A stretch of DNA of 15,187 nt from Flavobacteriaceae bacterium UBA6268 (GTDB lineage: Bacteria > Bacteroidota > Bacteroidia > Flavobacteriales > Flavobacteriaceae): positions 241 through 15,427 of the forward strand of contig DJVA01000050.1 of NCBI GenBank assembly GCA_002440705.1. The letters are read 5' to 3'. This document shows positions 8,118-15,187 of this stretch, piece after piece. The translations under genes were made by a program, and so were the position numbers. Within the stretch, counting starts at the first letter, position 1, and each line of letters starts with the position of its first letter. The notes under the pieces were generated by a model. The model saw only the letters and a program-made list of their open reading frames with translations. It did not search any database and was not told the DNA's origin.

Positions 8118-9677
8118 TTAAAAAGGAATCCCATCATCCCCGCCTGAAGGAGTTATTTCGTCATCGTTCATGGAACTACCAAATGCTTCATCGGCCGAAG
8201 GGAAATGTTCGGTCTTGAACGTATCGTCATTGGCGGCATCGTTCATGCGCGAATGGATTTCGGTTGGGAAATCGAACAACTCTAAATTTTCGAAACGTCC
8301 CAGATGTCCTACAAACTTCAAGCGTATTTCGTCCAAGCCCCCGTTTCGGTGTTTGGCCACAATAAATTCTGCTTGTCCCGCTGTGGGGGTTCGCTCTTCA
8401 TCGTCCCACTCATCAATCTTATAATACTCGGGGCGGTAAATGAACGAAACGATGTCGGCATCCTGCTCTATCGCCCCCGATTCCCTGAGGTCGCTCAACA
8501 AAGGCCTTTTACTTCCCCCACGGGTTTCAACGGCTCTGGATAGCTGTGAAAGGGCAATTACCGGAACGTTCAATTCCTTGGCAAGGGCTTTTAGGTTTCT
8601 GGAAATGGTAGAAATCTCCTGTTCGCGGTTTCCTCCCTTTTGGCTACCGCCTGCGGTCATCAACTGCAAATAGTCGATCATGATTAATTTTACTCCATAT
8701 TGAGAAGCCAATCGACGCGCTTTGGCACGGAGGTCAAAAATAGAGAGCGATGGAGTATCATCGATGTACAAAGGTGCCTTTTCCAGATCCTTTACCTTCA
8801 CATTCAATTGTTCCCATTCGTGTTTGGCCAAGTTTCCGGTACGCAATTTTTCAGAAGAAAGCCCGGTCTCGGAGGAAATTAGGCGGGTAATCAATTGTAC
8901 CGAAGACATTTCCAAGGAAAAGAAGGCAACGGGGATGTTGTAATTTACGGCCATGTTTCGTGCCATGGAAAGGGTCATTGCTGTTTTACCCATCCCGGGG
9001 CGTGCCGCAATGATGATGAGATCGCTGGGTTGCCATCCTGAAGTTAGTTTATCTACTTGGGTAAATCCGGACGGAATGCCCGAAAGGCCTTCGCGATTGG
9101 CAATTTCCTCGATTTTCTTTTTGGCCTGAATCACTAAACTTTGTGCCGTTTCCGAAGAACGCTTAAGGTTTCCTTGGGTAACTTCATACAACTTGGCTTC
9201 TGCATTGTCCAGCAAATCGAACACATCGGTTCCTTCATCGTAGGCCTCTTCAATAATTTCACTGGAAATCTTAATCAGGGTACGCTGGATGTATTTCTGT
9301 AAAATGATCCTTGCATGGAACTCAATGTGCGCTGAGGAAGCTACTTTTTGGGTGAGTTGAATCAGGTAAAATTCGCCTCCAACAAGATCTAGCTTTTTTT
9401 CTTTCTTCAACTGGGCCGAAACCGTTAATAAATCGACCGGCTCACTGTTTTGGAAGAGTTTGTAAATGGCTTCGAAGATGTGTTGGTGGGATTCCTTGTA
9501 GAAAACATCGGGATGCAAAATATCGATAACCTCGTCGACCCCTTTTTTGTCGATCATCATGGCTCCAAGCACAACTTCCTCTAAATCAATAGCTTGTGGA
9601 GGTAATTTTCCTTTTTCTAGAGAAATCACTTGCGAAGTGCGCGAAGTGTATGAGGTTTGAGGTTGCACTTTTTCCAT
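8118..9677 (-). CDS. dnaB: Replicative DNA helicase DnaB (519 aa) with an acidic ~53-aa C-terminal extension
   Basis: N-terminal domain (PPQAIDLEEVVLGAMM). Walker A is GMGKTAMTLSMARN. Also IDYLQLM and the RecA-like core. C-terminal tail ends ...DDEITPSGGDDGIPF. Confidence 0.95.
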   Translation of the reverse strand: MEKVQPQTSYTSRTSQVISLEKGKLPPQAIDLEEVVLGAMMIDKKGVDEVIDILHPDVFYKESHQHIFEAIYKLFQNSEPVDLLTVSAQLKKEKKLDLVGGEFYLIQLTQKVASSAHIEFHARIILQKYIQRTLIKISSEIIEEAYDEGTDVFDLLDNAEAKLYEVTQGNLKRSSETAQSLVIQAKKKIEEIANREGLSGIPSGFTQVDKLTSGWQPSDLIIIAARPGMGKTAMTLSMARNMAVNYNIPVAFFSLEMSSVQLITRLISSETGLSSEKLRTGNLAKHEWEQLNVKVKDLEKAPLYIDDTPSLSIFDLRAKARRLASQYGVKLIMIDYLQLMTAGGSQKGGNREQEISTISRNLKALAKELNVPVIALSQLSRAVETRGGSKRPLLSDLRESGAIEQDADIVSFIYRPEYYKIDEWDDEERTPTAGQAEFIVAKHRNGGLDEIRLKFVGHLGRFENLELFDFPTEIHSRMNDAANDDTFKTEHFPSADEAFGSSMNDDEITPSGGDDGIPF

Positions 9678-9843
9678 GAGGCGAATGTAAAAAAATTGTT
9701 AAGTTCGAGCGCGTGATTTGCCAATTTGAAGTTCACCACTCTTCAACAATCGAACTGTTAACAACTAAGGAATATTGTTAATAAAGATAGAAAAAACAAA
9801 AGCCGAAACCAAGGGAATTTGAAAACGATTGGTATTGTTGCCT

Positions 9844-10797
9844 TTAGCTTTTGAACTCTCCCATCTGGGAATATTTTTCCATACGTTTTTCCACCAATTC
9901 GGTTGGGGATAAGTTCTTCAAATCGCTGTAGGCTTCGTCGATGGCCTTAGCAACGATTAGGTAGGTAGCTTCTTTGTCGCTATGGGCACCGCCTAGTGGT
10001 TCTTTTACGATCTGGTCTATTAATTTAAGCTTTTTCATATCAGCGGCGGTAAGCTTAAGGGCTTCTGCAGCTTGTTCCTTAAACTCCCAGCTTCTCCATA
10101 AGATCGAGGAGCAGCTTTCGGGAGAAATTACCGAGTACCAAGTATTTTCCAGCATAAGCACTTGATCTCCCACTCCAATTCCCAGGGCACCGCCACTGGC
10201 GCCTTCGCCAATAATGACTACGATAATTGGAACTTCCAAACCAGTCATTTCCATGATGTTTCGTGCAATGGCCTCCCCTTGGCCACGTTCCTCAGCTTCC
10301 AGTCCGGGATAGGCCCCTGGAGTGTCAATAAGGGTCACGACGGGAATTCCAAATTTTTCAGCTGATTTCATCAATCGAAGGGCTTTTCGGTATCCTTCTG
10401 GATTGGCCATACCAAAATTTCGATATTGCCTGGTTTTGGTATTGTATCCTTTTTGTTGGCCTATAAACATGTAACTTTGATCACCAATTTTCCCCAAGCC
10501 TCCTACCATGGCTTTATCATCTTTGAAGTTTCGATCTCCGTGCAGTTCCAAAAAAGAATCTCCGCAAATGGCCTTGATGTAGTCCATGGTGTACGGACGA
10601 TCGGGATGTCGGGAAAGTTGTACCCGTTGCCAAGGGGTTAGGTTTTTATAAATTTCCTTTTTGGTATCGATCAGTTTTTTTTCAATCTGCTTACAAGTAT
10701 TGCTAACATCCACATTACTTTCTTCACCAATCTTACAGGCCTTATCGTACTGTTCCTGAAGTTCTTTTATGGGCAGTTCAAACTCAAGATATTCCAT
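9844..10797 (-). CDS. accA: Acetyl-CoA carboxylase carboxyltransferase alpha subunit (317 aa)
   Basis: [16 protein letters not shown] aligns with E. coli AccA MSLNFLDFEQPIAELEAK. Also [16 protein letters not shown] and [24 protein letters not shown]. The listed ORF start at 10848 adds 17 residues that are not conserved. Confidence 0.93.
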   Translation of the reverse strand: MEYLEFELPIKELQEQYDKACKIGEESNVDVSNTCKQIEKKLIDTKKEIYKNLTPWQRVQLSRHPDRPYTMDYIKAICGDSFLELHGDRNFKDDKAMVGGLGKIGDQSYMFIGQQKGYNTKTRQYRNFGMANPEGYRKALRLMKSAEKFGIPVVTLIDTPGAYPGLEAEERGQGEAIARNIMEMTGLEVPIIVVIIGEGASGGALGIGVGDQVLMLENTWYSVISPESCSSILWRSWEFKEQAAEALKLTAADMKKLKLIDQIVKEPLGGAHSDKEATYLIVAKAIDEAYSDLKNLSPTELVEKRMEKYSQMGEFKS

Positions 10798-10848
10798 GGG
10801 TATACTTGCTGAAATTTGACATAAGGATACAAAGATACGATTTTGCAA

Positions 10849-11751
10849 TTAGCCAAATGGCATCTCCCTACTTTTTCTATGCTGCCGGATTTTGATGATA
10901 CCATTGGCCAGTACCGTCGCCAAAATAATAAAGGCCCCTAGGTAAAAAGAGCTTCCCATTTTTTCGGCATCCCCCAAAATCCATAGTGCCAACAGGATTC
11001 CATATACCGGTTCCAAGTTGATGGTAAGCATTACGGTAAAAGGTGAAATCCAACGCATAACATGCACGGCAGCAATATAAGCATAGGCGGTACACACAGA
11101 TGCCAGGATTCCCAAATAGATCCAATCGGAAGCAGAAAGTCGAAAAAAATCGGAACTAAAGCTACCTTCAAAAAGCAAATATACTGTAATGCACAAAACC
11201 CCAAATCCCAATTCGTAAAAAGAAATCGCAGAGGCGTTGTAACGCTTGGCATAAATACCATTAATGACAGACATAAGTGCACTTAGAAAGGCAGAAATCA
11301 AAGCCAAGGCAATGCCCAAAACATATTCTGCACTGGCGCGAAAAATCATGTAAAGTCCCAAAGCAGCTATAATCCCGAACGCTACTTCGTACAGAATGAT
11401 TTTTCTTCTGAAAAAAATGGGCTCCAAAAAGGACGTAAATAAAGCACCGGTAGACATAACCGACAAGGTTACCGAAACATTGGAAGCTTTAATGGCACCA
11501 AAAAAAGTGAGCCAATGCACGGCAATAATCAATCCTGCCAATAGAAGGACCAACAATACTTTCTTTGGAAAGCGCAAGGAGATTTTCTTGAACCCTATAA
11601 AAATGTAAACCAGCACCGTTGCAATCAACATACGATACCACACCAACGGAATGGCCTCCAAGGAAATGAGAGCGCCCAAAACAGCGGTAAACCCCCAAAT
11701 AAATACTATAAAATGGAGGTGAAGGTAATTAAGGAGTTTATCGTTTCGCAT
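10849..11751 (-). CDS. EamA/DMT-superfamily permease-like membrane protein (~300 aa, ~10 TM). The start is uncertain.
   Basis: Hydrophobic throughout, with two similar halves of ~5 TM helices each. The start was chosen at ATG 11751 (MRNDKLL...), giving a 14-nt overlap with the upstream lptF/G-like gene. The ORF extension up to 11868 overlaps that gene by 131 nt and is unlikely. Confidence 0.65.
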   Translation of the reverse strand: MRNDKLLNYLHLHFIVFIWGFTAVLGALISLEAIPLVWYRMLIATVLVYIFIGFKKISLRFPKKVLLVLLLAGLIIAVHWLTFFGAIKASNVSVTLSVMSTGALFTSFLEPIFFRRKIILYEVAFGIIAALGLYMIFRASAEYVLGIALALISAFLSALMSVINGIYAKRYNASAISFYELGFGVLCITVYLLFEGSFSSDFFRLSASDWIYLGILASVCTAYAYIAAVHVMRWISPFTVMLTINLEPVYGILLALWILGDAEKMGSSFYLGAFIILATVLANGIIKIRQHRKSREMPFG

Positions 11752-12820
11752 TGCGCAAGAGGTAAATGGCCAGGATACCAAATACAAAATTAGGGAACCA
11801 TGTAGCAATGAAAGGGGAAAAAGTGCTCTGTTCGGCCATGGTTCCGAATATTTTGTCGAAGAAAACAAAGATCATCCCAATGCTTATCCCAATGGCCAGA
11901 TTGACGCCCATACCCCCCCTGCGTTTCATAGAAGATACCGCGACCGCAATGATGGTAAGAATGTAAGCCGAAACGGGAAGGCTCCACCGTTTGTAACGCA
12001 CTACTTCATAACGATTGATGTAAGTAGACCCTTTTGCCTTTTCACGTCGAATGAATTTGTTAAGTTCTGAAAAATTCAATGTTTCCGCTATGTATTCAAC
12101 CGGGGTAAGGTCTTCCATCTCGAATGGGAAAATGGTGTCTTTTTTTGATTCGTAGATCAAGGAATCCTCCCTTTCACCCACCATTCTTTTGTTGTAATTG
12201 AACAGAGTGTAAGAAGCGTCTTCAGGGTTGTACTTAATACGGCTTGCCTTAATTTTATAAATCATTTTATTGCCATCAAAGTGCTCTAGGGTAAAGTTGT
12301 TTCCCGATTGCTCCTTTACATTGAAATAGCTTACGTAAATGTAATCGTTGTCCCCAACCTGCCGATAAACATTGGCCTGCTGGCGGTCTTTGCCGTGGCT
12401 TTTGTTCAAATATTTATAGCTAAACTCATTAAATCCCTTACTGGCACGGGGCGCAAGATAATTCCCAAGGAAAAAGGCCCCAATACATACAAGGGTAGCC
12501 CCAATAAAGTAAGGCCTCAGGAACCGATAATAGGAAACCCCGCTGCTCAAGAAAGCAATCACTTCAGTATTGTTGGCCAATTTTGAAGTAAACCAAATAA
12601 TGGAAAGGAACAAAAAAAGCGGAAACAATAAATTTGCAAAATAGATGGTAAAGTCTAAGTAGTATTTTAGTACCTGAATCAGCGGAACCTCATGGGCGAG
12701 AATTTTGTCTATTTTTTCAGCTAAATTGATGGTAATCCCAATGGGGATAAACAACAATAGTAGCAGGATAAAGGTCCCTAGGTACTTTCGCAATATGTAT
12801 CGATCGAGGATACTAAGCAT
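11738..12820 (-). CDS. LptF/LptG-family (YjgP/YjgQ) LPS export ABC permease (360 aa)
   Basis: MLSILDRYILRKYLGTFILLLLLF is the characteristic N-terminus. Three TM helices, a large periplasmic domain and C-terminal TM helices. Confidence 0.85.
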   Translation of the reverse strand: MLSILDRYILRKYLGTFILLLLLFIPIGITINLAEKIDKILAHEVPLIQVLKYYLDFTIYFANLLFPLFLFLSIIWFTSKLANNTEVIAFLSSGVSYYRFLRPYFIGATLVCIGAFFLGNYLAPRASKGFNEFSYKYLNKSHGKDRQQANVYRQVGDNDYIYVSYFNVKEQSGNNFTLEHFDGNKMIYKIKASRIKYNPEDASYTLFNYNKRMVGEREDSLIYESKKDTIFPFEMEDLTPVEYIAETLNFSELNKFIRREKAKGSTYINRYEVVRYKRWSLPVSAYILTIIAVAVSSMKRRGGMGVNLAIGISIGMIFVFFDKIFGTMAEQSTFSPFIATWFPNFVFGILAIYLLRNAKR

Positions 12821-13950
12821 TACAACCGGTTATCCATTTGGTGCACCATGCGTTCTTTCCATTCCCTGAAATCTCCTGCTAAGATATGCTTTCTGGACTC
12901 ACGAACCAACCAAAGGTAAAACCCAAGGTTGTGAATAGTGGCTATCTGCTTGCCTAACATTTCGTTCACCGAAAACAAATGCCTCACATAGGCTTTGCTA
13001 TACGCCGTATCCACCCAAGTGATCGCCATTTCATCGATGGGCGAGAAATCATCTTCCCATTTTTTGTTTTTGATGTTTATGGCGCCTTCAGCAGTAAAGA
13101 GCATTCCATTACGGGCATTTCGGGTAGGCATCACACAATCGAACATGTCTATCCCCAATGCAATGCACTCTAGCAAATTAATAGGAGTTCCCACACCCAT
13201 AAGGTACCTGGGCTTGTCTTCCGGAAGGATTTCGGTTACTACTTCGGTCATGGCATACATTTCTTCGGCAGGTTCCCCAACTGAAAGCCCTCCTATGGCA
13301 TTTCCTTTAGCACCTGCATTGGCGATATATTCTGCAGATTGCTTGCGTAAATCCTTGTAGGTACTTCCTTGGACGATCGGAAAGAGTGTTTGTTCATATC
13401 CATAGAGCGGTTGGAGGGTTTTAAGGTGCGACATACATCGGTCCAACCACCGGTGGGTCATGTGCATGGATCTTTTGGCGTATTGGTACTCACACGGGTA
13501 TGGGGTACATTCATCGAATGCCATGATGATATCGGCCCCAATACTTCGCTGAATTTCCATCACGTTTTCAGGGGTAAACACATGGTAACTACCGTCAATA
13601 TGGGATTTGAACTTTACCCCTTCCTCTTTGATTTTTCTGTTGGCTGAAAGGGAATACACTTGGTACCCACCGCTGTCGGTCAAAATATTGCGATCCCAAT
13701 TCATGAATCGATGTAACCCACCTGCTTTTTCAAGAATGTGGGTTTGCGGACGAAGGAATAAATGATAGGTATTTCCCAGTATGATATCGGGGTTAATTTC
13801 ATCCATCAATTCTCTTTGATGTACCCCTTTTACCGTTCCTACCGTACCAACGGGCATGAAGATGGGAGTTTGGACTGTTCCATGAGGCAACGTAATGTTC
13901 CCAGCCCTTGCCTTGGTTTGAGTATCCTTTCCTTGCAGTTGAAATTCCAT
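12820..13950 (-). CDS. tgt: Queuine tRNA-ribosyltransferase (tRNA-guanine transglycosylase), 376 aa
   Basis: FMPVGTVGTVKG, LGNTYHL, DSGGYQV and a C-terminal zinc-binding region. Its stop TAA overlaps the lptF/G ATG by 1 nt (TAATG). Confidence 0.93.
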   Translation of the reverse strand: MEFQLQGKDTQTKARAGNITLPHGTVQTPIFMPVGTVGTVKGVHQRELMDEINPDIILGNTYHLFLRPQTHILEKAGGLHRFMNWDRNILTDSGGYQVYSLSANRKIKEEGVKFKSHIDGSYHVFTPENVMEIQRSIGADIIMAFDECTPYPCEYQYAKRSMHMTHRWLDRCMSHLKTLQPLYGYEQTLFPIVQGSTYKDLRKQSAEYIANAGAKGNAIGGLSVGEPAEEMYAMTEVVTEILPEDKPRYLMGVGTPINLLECIALGIDMFDCVMPTRNARNGMLFTAEGAINIKNKKWEDDFSPIDEMAITWVDTAYSKAYVRHLFSVNEMLGKQIATIHNLGFYLWLVRESRKHILAGDFREWKERMVHQMDNRL

Positions 13951-13966
13951 AGTTAAAATTGCGTGG

Positions 13967-13974
13967 CAAAGATA
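13967..13974 (-). promoter_or_regulatory. Candidate -7 box TATCTTTG for the tgt operon (minus strand)
   Basis: Reverse complement of 13967-13974 is TATCTTTG, 17 nt upstream of the tgt ATG. No clean -33 TTTG at the expected spacing. Confidence 0.35.
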
Positions 13975-14082
13975 GGATGATTTATGGGGAAACCTCTTAA
14001 AGTTTTGTTACCGAATTGAAACAAACCCACTACCACAACTGTTAACTAAAACAGCCAAATCGTTAATAAAACACATTTTTTT

Positions 14083-14116
14083 CGCTTTGCACCCCTTTTT
14101 GAATGTGGTATTTTTG
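14083..14116 (+). promoter_or_regulatory. Candidate promoter(s) for the transketolase genes: TcgcTTTGCACCCC (14083-14096) and a consensus TATTTTTG (14109-14116)
   Basis: TATTTTTG matches TAnnTTTG, 24 nt upstream of the ATG at 14141. The upstream near-match shares the TTTGCACCC string with the rRNA promoters. Confidence 0.4.
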
Positions 14117-14140
14117 AACCATCAATTAATAGCATACCAG

Positions 14141-14986
14141 ATGCCAAACATGAATTACCTCAACGACTTGGTGGTCCAAGTCCGAAGAGATATTTTAAGA
14201 CAGGTGCACAAAGTGAATTCGGGCCATCCGGGCGGATCACTGGGATGCACCGAATTTTTTGTAGCCCTATTCCAAGTGCTCATGGAGCGAAAAGACGGCT
14301 TTGACATGGATGGAAAAGGAGAAGACATTTTTTTCCTGTCCAATGGGCATATTTCCCCCGTTTTCTATAGTGTTTTAGCTCGGTCTGGATACTTTCCTGT
14401 AGAAGAGTTAAATACCTTCCGCCACATCAATTCGCGTTTACAGGGACACCCAACTACCCACGAAGGACTCCCTGGAGTTCGGGTAGCTTCCGGTTCTTTG
14501 GGTCAAGGCGTTTCCGTAGCCCTAGGTGCCGCCCTTTCCAAAAAACTAAACAAAGATTCCCACTTGGTATACGCACTTTGCGGTGACGGGGAATTACAGG
14601 AAGGTCAAAATTGGGAAGCTTTCATGTTTGGGGCCGCGCACAAAGTCGACAATCTTATCCTTACCGTCGATTATAATGGCCAACAAATTGATGGCTCTAC
14701 GGATGCTGTATTACCGATGGGTAATTTACGTGCCAAGTTTGAGGCTTTCGGTTGGGAGGTTTTGGACATCGAAAAAGGCAACGACCTCCTAGCAATCATC
14801 GAAGGCATGCGCGAAGCCAAAACCAGAACCGGAAAAGGCAAACCCATCTGTGTATTGTTACACACTGTGATGGGACATGGTGTCGATTTTATGATGCACA
14901 CCCACGATTGGCACGGAAAAGCTCCCAACGACCAACAGCTTGAAATTGCGCTTTCACAAAACCCCGTAACCTTGGGTGACTATTAA
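14141..14986 (+). CDS. tkt: Transketolase N-terminal (TPP-binding) subunit, 281 aa
   Basis: SGHPGGSLGCTEF and GDGELQEGQNWEAFMFGAAHKVDNLILTVDYNGQQIDGS (the TPP GDG motif). Start set at ATG 14141 or 14150. The TTG 14087 extension in the ORF list overlaps the promoter. Confidence 0.9.
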   Translation: MPNMNYLNDLVVQVRRDILRQVHKVNSGHPGGSLGCTEFFVALFQVLMERKDGFDMDGKGEDIFFLSNGHISPVFYSVLARSGYFPVEELNTFRHINSRLQGHPTTHEGLPGVRVASGSLGQGVSVALGAALSKKLNKDSHLVYALCGDGELQEGQNWEAFMFGAAHKVDNLILTVDYNGQQIDGSTDAVLPMGNLRAKFEAFGWEVLDIEKGNDLLAIIEGMREAKTRTGKGKPICVLLHTVMGHGVDFMMHTHDWHGKAPNDQQLEIALSQNPVTLGDY

Positions 14987-14996
14987 TCAGAAACGA

Positions 14997-15187
14997 ATGA
15001 AAAAATACAACGATACAGGGAAGAAAGATACACGCTCCGGTTTTGGTGCAGGTTTAACAATTTTAGGAGAAACCCATCCTAATGTAGTGGCCCTATGCGC
15101 CGATTTAACCGGCTCCCTCAAAATGGATGAATTTAAAGAGCATCATCCCCAGCGTTTTTTTCAGGTAGGAATTGCCGAAGCCAACAT
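14997..15187 (+). CDS. tkt: Transketolase C-terminal (pyrimidine-binding) subunit, partial (runs off the window end)
   Basis: ATG at 14997 opens MKKYNDTGKKDTRSGFGAGLTILGETHPNVVALCADLTGSLKMDEFKEHHPQRFFQVGIAEAN, typical of the transketolase central domain. No stop within the window. Confidence 0.85.
   Translation, partial: MKKYNDTGKKDTRSGFGAGLTILGETHPNVVALCADLTGSLKMDEFKEHHPQRFFQVGIAEAN

Noticed and set aside
8170-8943. Several 60-84 aa plus-strand ORFs inside dnaB
   Set aside because: Antisense to a well-supported helicase gene. No independent support.
10798-10848. accA start at 10848 (334-aa version)
   Set aside because: The first 17 residues are not conserved. The E. coli-like N-terminus begins at the ATG at 10797.
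11752-11868. Extended start (11868) for the eamA-like permease
   Set aside because: It would overlap the lptF/G-like gene by 131 nt. The internal ATG at 11751 gives a protein of the typical DMT size.
14087-14140. TTG start at 14087 for transketolase-N (299-aa version)
   Set aside because: The extension covers the consensus -7 promoter box. The conserved transketolase N-terminus aligns with the ATG at 14141 or 14150.

Overview
This is a Bacteroidota-type chromosomal region, and the 16S signatures look Flavobacteriia-like. It is housekeeping DNA and I found no convincing novel multi-gene system. Layout by coordinate: (1) the 5' ~790 nt of a 16S rRNA gene on the minus strand, running off the window start; (2) a ~540-bp divergent control region with two tandem rRNA promoters facing left and a thrS promoter facing right; (3) the plus-strand operon thrS-infC-rpmI-rplT, ending in a bidirectional intrinsic terminator; (4) a minus-strand gene for a 420-aa secreted protein of unknown function; (5) a minus-strand nfeD-floT pair (NfeD-like membrane protein plus flotillin/SPFH protein) with its own terminator; (6) dnaB on the minus strand; (7) a minus-strand cluster tgt-lptF/G-eamA-like-accA with overlapping or tightly coupled junctions; (8) a plus-strand split transketolase, with the N-terminal subunit complete and the C-terminal subunit running off the window end. 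The parts worth a second look are small: repeated promoter architecture, a probable non-AUG infC start, an SSB-tip-like C-terminal tail on DnaB, and the uncharacterised exported protein next to the flotillin operon. I found no CRISPR array, mobile element, tRNA or defence island.
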